DNA of 57,081 bases, counting the filler, from Catajapyx aquilonaris (Eukaryota): NCBI GenBank assembly GCA_000934665.2. It is 3 parts of 3 records of this genome, joined end to end, with 100 filler letters (N's around TTAATTAATTAA, not from the genome) between each part and the next. Parts side by side here need not be neighbours in the genome. Positions count along the whole stretch, not along the records: positions 1 to 18,967 come from JYFJ02006562.1; 2 more parts are not named here. One strand, 5' to 3'. Shown piece after piece: positions 1 through 10,251 of this stretch. Within the stretch, counting starts at the first letter, position 1; each line of letters starts with the position of its first letter. Both the position numbers and the translations under genes were made by a program. The notes under the pieces are model-generated. The model saw only the letters and a program-made list of their open reading frames with translations, was not told where the DNA came from and made no database searches.

Positions 1-358
1 GGCCAACATTCGATTTGGTTTGTTTACGGCACGTTCCATTCCTCCTTCCTCTCCCCCTCCCCTGATGTGAGGTCACCGTGAAGACGTGCGGGCGGAGCAT
101 GGTGGCAGGGTGGAGGGGTCTTCACGGGAGAGGAGAATGATGCGTCCGCGTTGACGTCCAGCAAGCGACTGAGGCGTTCTCCCACCCATTGCGCATGCTC
201 GGAAGGGGGGCCAATAGGAGGCGTCGTGGTAACAATGCGTCATGGATACGACGCAGCAACAATGGACGGGGGCCAATGGGAAGAGGTGGCGGCGACAATG
301 CGGGGGCGGACCAATCAGAGGGCTTATACATGCAACGCAAGCATTTTAATATTATAGA
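1..358 (-). mobile_element. 5' part of a non-autonomous Helitron-like element (cut by window start)
   Basis: Reverse-complement homolog of 10252-~10570. Homology stops at A|TCTATAATATTAAAA on the minus strand, a Helitron-type 5' TC terminus. Confidence 0.65.
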
Positions 359-427
359 TTTTAGTTGTTTACATTCACATGATTATCTTAAAGCCTGTTA
401 AAAGACATTCCAAATGCACACATCATA

Positions 428-1357
428 CGAGGTCCAGTAAGTAAGTTGTTTTTTATTAGAAAAACGGCAATGCACCCCCAGAAGTTGTGTTACGTACCTC
501 TGAAAGCTTCAATGGTCTACTTTTTTCAACATAGGTTCCAGTGAAATTGAGGCATTTGTCATAGTGTTATAGAAGATTTTGTATGACTGTCATAGGAGTT
601 TGCCTCCAGCCATTTCCCTGCTGCACTGCAACTCCTCGTCATCGTCAAACCTCTGCTTTGCATACCATTTCTTCATGCCCATGGACAGGTGGTAATTGCT
701 AGGCTCTGAATCCTGGATCTAAGGAGGGCGTTTGAACAATTCTCACTTTAATTATTGTTGCTGCAAAGTTCCAGTGCGAAAGGAAGTAGGCGGGTGAGAA
801 TTGTTGCGCAAGAAAAATACCCCAGAACTCGACATACTGCGATGTTTCTTTTGCATGGCCATCCTTCACTTCTGTAATGTCTCACAATAAACCATTGAGT
901 TGAAAAAACGCTGTGGTATGTTGAGTTCTGGGGTGTTTTTCTGGCCTGTTCTTTTTGCGCAACAATTCTCGCCCACCTACTGCCTATCGCGTACTGGAAC
1001 TTCGCCACAGAAATTAAAGTGAGAATTGTTCAATCGCCCTCCTTAGATCCGGGATTTAGACCCTAGCTATTACCACCTGTCCAAGGGCATGAAGAAATGG
1101 TATCCAAAGCAGAGGTTTGACTATGACGAGGAGTTGCAGTCCAGCAGGGAAATGGCTGGAAGCAAACTCCTATGAGATAGGCATACAAAATCTTCTGTAA
1201 CTCTATGACAATGCCTCAATTTGGCTGGAACCTATGTTGAAAAAAAGTAGACAGTTGAAGCTTTCAGAGGTATGAAATACAACTTCTGGGGGTGCATTGT
1301 AGTTTTTCTAATTAAAAACGGAACTCAGGGCCTCCCATTTCTTACTCAAACGGCTCA
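428..1357. mobile_element. Palindromic mariner derivative made of two inverted transposase 3' halves
   Basis: Starts TA|CGAGG. Arms ~448-848 and ~905-1320 are inverted. The + arm gives a degenerate mariner C-terminus (YYHLSKGMKKWYPKQRFDYDEELQ...CLNLAGTYVEKK*). The right end is decayed, so that coordinate is approximate. Confidence 0.8.
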
Positions 1358-1540
1358 CACTCTATCACTTCGATTTTCACTTTTGCCGCCTCAAAAAATG
1401 TCCCTAGCAGTATGATGGAATTCATGTCCAGCACTGTGCAAATACATTTTTGTGCATCTGAGATTTATGGAAAACTTACATTGGAATGGAATGATTGTGA
1501 CATGAAGTGTTTAGCATGTACTGCCATATTAATGAGAAGT

Positions 1541-1854
1541 TTTTTGTTAAAAAAAAAATCATGGGGGTATGTGCTTTCACCTTATCGGTATCTCGCACGG
1601 ACCTTTATTATTGTTGTTAATCTGCGTACATATCGGAACCATTTGCGAAATGCCCAGCCCAAGGTGCAAGGTGCAGTGCAATGTCGTTTTGTGAACTCCC
1701 CCGGGTGGTTTGTCTTATCGGAAATACCACCCGAGACGAAGCCAGAGACGGCCCAACTCTGCACGAGATGAAGGGGGTGTCCCCGGGCTGGGATCGAACC
1801 CAGGACCATAACATCCATGGGTGCATACGTTACCGCAGTGCCACTTCGCCTCCC
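1541..1854 (-). mobile_element. tRNA-derived SINE, family B, copy 1
   Basis: Minus-strand A box TGGCACTGCGG and B box GGTTCGATCCC. 11-bp TSD TAATGAGAAGT at 1530-1540 and 1855-1865. Homologous to 7063-7405. Confidence 0.85.
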
Positions 1855-2027
1855 TAATGAGAAGTATTAAAATAAGTGATAAGTGGATGTTGCTTGCAGG
1901 TTGGAACAATCCTGAGGTGTTCAAGGGAAAGAAAGAAAAGGAATTGGGATGGTTGTACAGTATTGCCTTAGTGTTCAGTTTGTTATGGTTTGAAGGTAAA
2001 ACACTAATTGATGTGGTTACTTTCCAG

Positions 2028-2125
2028 TTGGAGACACTTGTGGCTCAAGGCGTGACTCACGTCGTGTGTGTAAGGCAGGACATAGAATCGCATTTTATTC
2101 GACCAAACTTTCCGGAGCATTTTCA
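2028..2125 (+). CDS. STYX: STYX pseudophosphatase, internal coding exon (LETLVAQGVTHVVCVRQDIESHFIRPNFPEHF)
   Basis: Acceptor tttccag|TTG at 2027/2028 and donor CA|gtaagt at 2125/2126. Peptide resembles STYX 'GITHIICIRQNIEANFIKPNF'. The phase-2 junction joins in frame to exon 12324 (CA+G=Q, then YLVLNIAD). Upstream exons are not seen in the window. Confidence 0.93.
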
Positions 2126-2333
2126 GTAAGTACATGTTAATAATGAAGTTGTATGTAGTCTTGGGGTACATTTTTGCTGTTAAGACAGGAATGTCATACA
2201 CTTAGGTGTCCTGCACATGATTAAATTAAGTGACATGCTATTGCAGTACCTCATCATAGTTCCCTTAGAAAGGTTGGTGAAGAATAGTCACTAATTAATC
2301 CTTCAGGCACTGCATGTGTACAGGGTTATTTAA

Positions 2334-3321
2334 CCCTAATAAGACGGGTGGTTTTTCGCGTTTTTGCAAGGATCTGCAAAAAATTCGCTTGCTTTGTCAC
2401 TTGGGGGGACGAGACTTGAAAACACTACAGTGAATATGATCATCTAATGTCCAGGCTTGATCCTGAGGCCATCTATGTGGCCCTACTCTCATACCATACG
2501 CAGTGGAAACTCTTGAATGCCCAACAAGGTGGTGCATAGGGTATGTTTCGTGCCTACTCAAATTTTTTGTCACTCTGCCTGCTTGACAAAAAGTATATCG
2601 GTATGTAGCCTTGGCACGGCTGAACAAAACAGTACATAAGCACATGGCATGAATTACGTCACAGACCTGCCAGGTGAGCTGCAGTGATAAACACACACAC
2701 CCTCCTGAGTGGAAACCTCCCTTGCGCCATGGCTATTCAAAAACCCCACGGGGCATGCGCCCCTCCATCCTGACGGAGGCTGGCCGGGAGTTGTGCAGTG
2801 GCCCGCCAGCCGCTAGTCGGCATTTACGAACATTATTTATTTATTTTAAAACCATTGAATTATCTTTTGCATTAATTTTAGGGTGGAATCTCTTGAGGAG
2901 ATTTGGGGGCAACTATGTATGCCAAAAATTTGCCGGCCAAGGTCGTTTATTTTTCAGTGGCCGCAAAAAGATGATTTCATTCAAGTTAATCTGGTTAATC
3001 TGGTTTATTTAGGGCCAGTTGCACCGGCCTCAGTATAACTTAGAACCTCGGGTATAACAAGAATTGCCATAGCAATCATTGTTGACCAACAGTGATTGCT
3101 ATGGCAATTCTTGTTATACCCGAGGTTCTAAGTTATACTGAGGTCGGTGCAACTGGCCCTTAGGCAACATTTTGTAGTCCAAAACTCGCGATTTTTTACG
3201 AGAGAGAAAATTTAAAAAGCCACACAGAAACCGCGTTACATAGTGGGAAAACGCTATAGTTTCGCCAGCAGAATTTTTTAAAGCCACCGAATCAGCATAT
3301 GATACGCCCGTCTTATTAGGG
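2334..3321. mobile_element. Non-autonomous piggyBac-type element
   Basis: 15-bp TIR CCCTAATAAGACGGG with TTAA on both sides (2330-2333, 3322-3325). Confidence 0.88.
3012..3159. mobile_element. PIF/Harbinger (Tourist-like) palindromic MITE nested in the piggyBac element
   Basis: 73-bp arms beginning GGGCCAGTTGCACC with 2 mismatches and a 2-nt spacer; TTA TSD on both sides. Confidence 0.88.
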
Positions 3322-3345
3322 TTAAAAAGAAATAGTTTCAACATA

Positions 3346-3944
3346 CAGTAAAACTTCTTTAAGTCGAACTTCCGTAAGTCGAAGTTCTCTATAAGTCGAA
3401 TAAAATGATGAGCTTGGTTGGTCACAATGTAAAATGATAGGAAATAAACTTCCCTAACTCGAATTTCTATAACTCGAAGTTCTCCATAACTCGAAGTGAT
3501 GGCAGGGCCTTATGACGGGATTTCAATGCATTTTCAGTCTCCCTAAGTCGAAGTTCATTTGGCGAGTACGGAAAATTTTCTCATTTCCCAGCCGAAGGGT
3601 CGAGAGTAGGCTACATGTACAGAAAGGCTCAATTTCATGATCTCAGTCTACCAGACGTACCGAAAGAAGTGTTTGACTCGAATGTGACAATTGAATCCTT
3701 GAGTCTAAGAGTAGGCAAATGTCCATAACAGAAATTTTTTCACAACAAAACAATGAGGAACATTGTAAATGTGATAGTGACAGTTATTTTTAAGTTTTGA
3801 CCACCTTTTGTGGCTGGATATATAGGTAGGCTTCCTTATAGAGTTATGTGCTCAAAAAAAGCCAAACTTCTCTTAACTCGAATCTTCTATAACTCGAAGT
3901 TTTTTCCTGGTCTCATGGAGATTCGACTTATGGAAGTTTTACTG
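3346..3944. mobile_element. pogo/Tigger-like MITE, copy 1
   Basis: TA|CAGTAAAACTTC...GAAGTTTTACTG|TA with repeated subterminal (T)AAGTCGAA/AACTCGAA motifs. Full-length inverted homolog at 37053-37637. Confidence 0.88.
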
Positions 3945-4062
3945 TAATTATTATAATACCAATAGTATTTAAGATATCGACGCTCATGATGCACGATTTT
4001 GCAGAGAAACTCAGGAAGTTTCTGCATCAACTTATAGAAGTTCGATGTGTGAACCCTTAGTC

Positions 4063-4300
4063 AGGTGGTTTCCAACTGGGGGGTCGCGGGGAGGGTCGCA
4101 AGGGAGGTCGTGAGCCGTGGTTCAACTTTTTTTTTTGCAATTTCTGTGTCAATTGAATAATTTTTGTGGCCGTACAGAGTGTGTGTTTTCTGGAAAGGGG
4201 GCAGTTGTAGACGGGGATGGGGGACCGGGAACTGGGGGGATTGCACATTCATGGAAACATGTTTAAGGGGTCACAGTTAGTAAAAGGTTGGAAACCACTG
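4063..4300. mobile_element. hAT (Charlie-like) MITE
   Basis: Ends GTGGTTTCCAAC...GTTGGAAACCACTG; 8-bp TSD with one mismatch (ccttagtc / cctttgtc). Confidence 0.7.
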
Positions 4301-4882
4301 CCTTTGTCACACAGCATGTCTTGTCAATGCCATAGTTGAATTCTTACTAAATATGCATTAACATACGTACCTTCATCAATTTCAGCAAGAGCTGTTGTGA
4401 TATGTTTGTTTCAGATCATATAAATTACCATCAGGGAGAGGGATGAAAACCTTGGGTGAAATATTAATCCCGCTGCTAGTTATTGCTAACTTAGAAGTAC
4501 TATATATATACAGGGTGTTACCGGCAACTCTGGCAAAAATCACAGGGTCGGTAGAGGCCCCATAGGCAAGTATTTTGATCTTAGGTACCCATGTCCGGAA
4601 ATGCCCCCGTACAGGGGTACGACCGTCTCCACCTTTGGTCTGTAGCGCCTGGTGGGTAGGAAACCCATCGTACTCGAAGCTTGCGTTCATCAGGTGTATC
4701 GCCTGTGGAGGAGACGAAGGTGAAAACAATAGCGACACACGCAACACACCTGATGAACGCAAGCTTCGAGTACGATGGGTTGCCTACCTACCAGGCGCAG
4801 CAGACCAAATGTGGAGATGGTCGTACCCGGTACGGGGCATTTCCGGACATGGGTACCTAAGCTCAAAATACTTGCCTATGGG

Positions 4883-5142
4883 CAGTGGCGGATTTCCCAT
4901 TAGGCACAATAGGCACTGGCCTAGGGGCGGCCGCCCTGTAGGGGCGGCCGCGAGTTGCAATAAATAATATTTCTCAAATACAATAATAAAAAATGATGGC
5001 GAGATCACAAAGAAAAGCAAATTGTTGACAGCTTGAATTGCCACTACATGCAGAAAAGGTAATTGCCAAAGGGCGGCCGCCCTCCGGGCGGCCATTACTT
5101 TCAATATAATATTTTCGGTTCTCAAACTGTGGGGCGCCCCCN

Positions 5143-5185
<43 letters not shown>

Positions 5186-5712
5186 CGAATCCAAAAATTA
5201 TGTGACTCGAAGCAGGAAAAAAAGTCGCACTGATTAGGTAAGATCGAACTACTTCTCAGGGCTTACTGTAGCGTACAGTTCTACACAATTTGTGCAGTTC
5301 TAAAAGCCAAATGTGCAGTTCTGAATAAGGATTTGTACAGTCAGATAATAGCAGACAGGTCTGTTATATCCGGATTCCACTGTGCTTGGACATTGGCACT
5401 GCTGGAAATATGAAGGGACCGATCTTTCTACTTGCTTATATCCGATGTGCTTTACAATATAGGAGGATTCCACTGTACTTTGTCAGTTATTACATTCACC
5501 TAAGATTGTGTGATCTTGAACAAAAAAAATTTTTCGCCTGCGGCGGGCGTATTCGGTTTGGGGGGAGGGGGAGGCAAAATCTGAAATTACTTTCTCGGGG
5601 GACCCGATGTGGCAAAGTTTGAGAAACGCTGCATTAAATGAAGGAGAGAACACAATTGAACAAATTNGTATCTCAAGTGCCTAAGGGCGGCCGGGGGGTA
5701 AATCCGGCGCTG
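4883..5712. mobile_element. Non-autonomous hAT element
   Basis: TIR CAGTGGCGGATTT / AAATCCGGCGCTG. Perfect 8-bp TSD CCTATGGG (4875-4882, 5713-5720). The opposite palindrome arm shows the empty site. Confidence 0.9.
5116..5631. mobile_element. Charlie-like hAT MITE nested in the hAT element, containing a 43-G run
   Basis: CGGTTCTCAAACT ... AGTTTGAGAAACGCTG termini; left end eroded, TSD not clear; G run at 5143-5185. Confidence 0.55.
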
Positions 5713-6185
5713 CCTATGGGGCCTCTACCGACCCTGTGATTTTTGCCAGAGTTGCCGTTGCATATTGCCGACACTGGTACTGCTAAGTTAGCCGTAGCTA
5801 GCAGTAGGACGAAAATTCCTCCCCTTGTCTTTTGACATATTCCCATTTTAAAAAGTCAAGGTTATTAGATTAGGACTTCATGGTGGTAATTATGTGAATG
5901 AGTATTGTTCTTTGTTGTGCAGTAAATCAAGTTCTGTGGAAGACTTGTATCCAAGTAATTTTTAACTTCCCAGTACACTGTAACGAGAGCTTCTTATTGC
6001 AATGTGCTAAGTAATTCCTTTGCCCCCAGATCTAGGCAATGAGATTCGCTTCTGTTCAACTGACAGGTACTCTGAAGATAAGGACAAGATATTTTACAAA
6101 TCATAACAACTATACATAGCACGTTAATGTTCTACACAATGAACGCATTAGAAACAATTTTCTTCGTCTAGAAGTCACAAAATTA

Positions 6186-6523
6186 GGGTAGGTGTAGATG
6201 GCCGAGATGGTAACATCTTGGCTTGCTGAGTGAAAGGCCCCAGGTTCGATCCCCGCCTGGGGAGTTCCCTTTCACCTGCATCAGGAGGGTCTCTGACCTG
6301 CACCTTGGAGGTGTCTGGCAACCTAACCTCCTGGGAAACAGCACACGACCCCTTTTCAGACATTGCACTTGCACCTATGTTTCCTCCCCAAAAATCCCTA
6401 TCCCTACCCTACATCCTTGACTCCTTGCACTGGTGATTGAAGTTAATTAAGAAAATGGAGTGAAAATAGTGGTAATCCAACCCCCTGAAAGAGTCTACGG
6501 CCTACAGGGTAAACAGGAAAAAA
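6186..6523 (+). mobile_element. tRNA-derived SINE, family C
   Basis: A box TGGCCGAGATGG, B box GGTTCGATCCC, A-rich tail; 14-bp TSD AAGTCACAAAATTA (6172-6185, 6524-6537). Confidence 0.87.
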
Positions 6524-7062
6524 AAGTCACAAAATTAATTTTCCAGAAGATCACCATAAACACTCGAAATTCAAGTACTACCGGCCAACTGTTAGGCTGA
6601 TTTAATTATGGAATTCGTTAAAATATACATAATATCAACCTTGAGAACCTTGCCAGATGAATTTGCTGAAATCGGCGTACTTTGCAAGAATTAAATTCAT
6701 ACTTCTCTGCAGCTTGCCTCTCACTTGGGAAAACTCTAAAATTGATTTAATTCTCATGAAGTACAACAACTTCAGCAAACTTGTCTGGCACGGTTCTCAA
6801 GGTTGATATTCCGCAAATTTTAACGTATCCCATAATTAAATCAGCCTCACGGTTGGCCTGTAGTAAGGGAGATCAGGGTTGGTTGTAACACTTTTTAGTC
6901 TGGATTTTTAAATTCAGTTACATAATTATGCATTTAGGCGAAGGTTTCTGACATTGCGGAAATAAGTCAACATTCCTCTTTGTAAAATAATAAAAATAAA
7001 ATCTTCAGATAAAAAATTGATAAATTGATAAATATTTTCCAAGGCAAGGCAGAGTGTTACAA

Positions 7063-7405
7063 TATAATAATAATTTGGGTATAGTGCCTACCTCTTCAGA
7101 GGTCTGAGCACGGACCTTTATTTGTCGCATGGGTACATGAATTTGACAATAAAATTGGTCCTTGGTCCGAGGGCAGGGTGACTGGGAGGGGATGTGCAAT
7201 GTGCAAGTGCAATGTCATTTGCTGTGGACATTTTGTGAGCTCCCCCGGTTGGTTTGTCTATCAGAAATCCCACCCTAGACGAAGCCGGAGATGCCACAGA
7301 ACTCCGCACAAGATGAAAGGGGGGGAATGCCCGGGCTTGGTATCGAACCCAGGACCCTTCCATCCGTGGTCGCGTGCGTTACTGCAGCGCCACTTCGCCT
7401 TCCCT
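7063..7405 (-). mobile_element. tRNA-derived SINE, family B, copy 2
   Basis: Homologous to 1541-1854; B box GGTTCGATACC; 14-bp TSD with one mismatch (gcagagtgttacaa / gcagattgttacaa). Confidence 0.83.
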
Positions 7406-7598
7406 GCAGATTGTTACAACCGACCACATCATATGGGTGGTTGTAACAGTGGGCGGGGTCGATTGTAACGCTATGTCTTAAGGTGAAAATGTAATATGGA
7501 AGAACACTTTACACTCACTCATCTTCTCGACAATAGCCTACTTGATCCACCTAGATTACGCTTTATCTCTCGATACACTGGAATTTATTCAGCATATA

Positions 7599-7903
7599 AT
7601 ATCATAATATCTATAAACTATAATATCTTACCCCGTTATCAGCCTTTTTTGGCTCTTTAGGGGGGATTTTTGTTTTGTCTGGAACAATTGCTTACATGTT
7701 TACTTTTCGCTTTTTGGGATAGGATAGGGAAGGAAGGAGGCGGCTGTGGCCTTTTAAATTAGGAAGCAACCCCGGAATTCTCCTGGAGGGACCGTGGGAA
7801 ACCACAGAAAACCACGGTTAGAGTTGCCGGCCCCGGGGCTCGAACCCAGGACCTCCCGATTAGCAGTCGGACCCTATAGCCACTCCACCAAACTGCTTCG
7901 GTG
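7599..7903 (-). mobile_element. tRNA-derived SINE, family A, copy 1
   Basis: B box GGTTCGAGCCC; 15-bp TSD TTTATTCAGCATATA (7584-7598, 7904-7918); homologous to 13721-14023. Confidence 0.9.
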
Positions 7904-8006
7904 TTTATTCAGCATATACGTATTCCTACAAGAAAATTGATTTTTTTATTCATATAAATTTTCGACAAACTGGTTATAAGAAGCTTTATTGCACAAAATA
8001 AAACTA

Positions 8007-8329
8007 CAGTGGAGCATCGATTATCTGAACAGAGTCTGCCAAGGGGGTGTTCGGATAACTGATTGTTCGTATAACCGATCATTTACGGAAAAAAATTGTA
8101 CCGGTGTCATAGGAGCAATATGAAACTAAGAAACAGTGATATTAACCACAAAATTGTATATTTTCTGTCACAGGCACGTCTTAAAAATACTGTACATATA
8201 CCTTACTGTCCTTACATGAAGTAGTCCTACAGTTTAGGGGGAAAAAAGGTCAATTTTTGCCGACCGGAAAACGTTCGGTTAACCGATGGTTCGGTTGATC
8301 GGTGTTCGGATAATCGATGCTCGCCACTG
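8007..8329. mobile_element. pogo/Tigger-like MITE
   Basis: TA|CAGTGGAGCATCGATTATC ... GATAATCGATGCTCGCCACTG|TA with repeated TTCGGATAA/TTCGGTTAA subterminal motifs. Confidence 0.82.
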
Positions 8330-9239
8330 TATTTCTAATCTCAATATCCTGTGACATAAGTAGCGGTAACATCATTCTGTACACAGACTTGACCTTTCTC
8401 TCATGATTTTAACATGTCACAACTGACCCCAAGGAAGTTGTTACAACCACCCCCATTGTGTGTTTTGTAGATATGCTTACTACTTTTTAACTGTGCACAG
8501 GATTTGGTCATCCATGCCATCAGTGTGACCCTACTAAAGGAACCTTTCTCATGATACCAGGGGCAATTCAGTAACACTTCTACCCCCTGCATAATCACTT
8601 AATTACTGCCACTCAAAAAAGTTGGGAACATACCTTGATTTTGGTTTTTTCATATAGAAAAACAAAAAACAAAAAAGGAGTATCCGAAGTTTTGCCTGGC
8701 TTAGAAGTCATAGAGACACATACTGTGTGAGTTTCAGCTTCAGGGCCTTCCAAACTTATTTATTATTGGTGATGTTACAACCGTACCCTGTTACAACCGA
8801 CTCAGATCTCCCTTACTTGAACTTTGAGTTTTAAGGCTATCTTTTTCGACTTGTAGATGCAGAAAATGGTTTCCAACGCATAAATTGTGTAAAGCATGAA
8901 TGTGTTGTTATTTGTAAAATATCTTGTCCTTATCATCAGAGTACGTGTAAGTTGAACAGAGGCAAATCTCATCGCCTAGATCTGGGGATGAAGGGATTAA
9001 GTGGCTCATGCCTCACAGTGACAACTTCATATCGACTGGTACTGGGAAGGTAGAAATTACCTTGATGCAATTCTTCCTAAGCATTGGAATGGCCATGCAA
9101 CAGGAGACATGTGTGACTAAGGGTTCACACATGGAACTTCTACAAGTTGCTGAAGAAAACTTAAGAGTGACCTCTACAAGACCATGAATTTTGGTTTCTG
9201 ACAGGTTGAAACTGTCTGTTTCTTTTTGAAAATCCTGTA

Positions 9240-9841
9240 CAGGTAAAATCTCGTTAAAATGAAGCCCGCAGGACCGGGCAAATCTTTACGTAATAACGGA
9301 ATTTCATTAAATCGAGACTGGTTATTTTTATTTCCCCCGCAAGTATGTCCGAATCTGTCAACTCCTGGCACACATGTACGTCGTCACCTGCCACTACAAA
9401 ATCGTGGAAGGTAACTTCATCCGGCACTCCGGTGCTTTTAGCAACGGACCTCCACAGAGACAGGTCGTCAGGGTCTTCTGAGCCTTCGGCGTCCTGGTCA
9501 CTCCCCAAAACAGACACTGCTGACCTCTTGATGCAACTTTTACCCCAACATTTCACGATTGTTGACGGTGTTACGCACGACCACACACTCGCTTATCGCT
9601 AGACAGTGCTGGAGCACGTGTGGCGGAGCATTGCACTAGTGCATATTTCGTTATATCGGGTTCAATACTAGCCGGGGAACCACCTTTCGTAATCGTTGTA
9701 CTGAAAATTTCGTAGTAACGCAATTCGTAATAACGGGATTACAAATACATTGCTCTTATGGCTGGCCAACCAAAATTTTATTTTTATTGCGTTCTATTGA
9801 AATTTCATTGTATTGGTATTCGCTAAAACGAGATTTTACTG
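9240..9841 (-). mobile_element. Internally deleted Tigger/pogo element with transposase C-terminal remnant
   Basis: TA-flanked TIR CAG(G)TAAAATCTCG / CGAGATTTTACTG. Minus ORF 9254-9586 has TIGD-like 'W..VTPSTIVKCWGK' and 'FHDFV..DDVHVCQELTDSDI'. Confidence 0.8.
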
Positions 9842-10251
9842 TATTATGATACGCACAGGAAAAATTCAAATATCTTATTTGAAAGTCAAATAAACTTTTT
9901 CAATGGCGACATCACACATATCTCGGCTTTAGCAACACTTTGTGCCTTAGGTGGTGCCTGGACTTGTGTATGTTTCAACAGCATAGGGAGTAACCCAGTG
10001 AGCCATGATTTCCTACCCTAAGAGCCTCCTTCCCAGCTGACTAGAAATGATAATTTTTAAAGCAGTTTCATAAAACATTTTCTGGAAAAAGAAATCAATG
10101 TTGCTGAACATGTAACATGAGACCACTTGACTTTGAGTGCATGAGTCATCTTAATGCTCTCCAGTGTATCCAATCAGAACAAGGCAGGCCCATGCAAGTG
10201 CTAGTGACACATTCTCTGGGACACCTGGTGGCCTTGGCACTGAATTTTCTT

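Larger units (their letters stand above)
4511..5777. mobile_element. Palindromic Tc1/mariner-type MITE interrupted by a hAT element
   Basis: TA|CAGGGTG start. Arm 4521-4706 is inverted to 4746-4882 plus 5721-5756. The right terminus is degenerate. Confidence 0.8.
6866..8813. mobile_element. TA-targeting (pogo-like) non-autonomous DNA transposon hosting three younger insertions
   Basis: TIR AGGGAGATCAGGGTTGGTTGTAACA / TGTTACAACCGACTCAGATCTCCCT. TA TSD supported by the uninterrupted opposite arm of the host palindrome (ttcaagTActac). Confidence 0.8.
5935..9075. repeat. Old foldback/palindromic element (~0.85 kb when reconstructed) expanded by nested insertions
   Basis: 5945-6110 is inverted to 8905-9075, and 6576-6695 is inverted to 6745-6865. 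Centre near 6720; outer limits approximate. Confidence 0.75.

Noticed and set aside
3346..3944. CRISPR-like repeat/spacer pattern from recurring AAGTCGAA/AACTCGAA motifs
   Set aside because: Short irregular subterminal repeats of a eukaryotic MITE; no constant repeat length and no cas genes.
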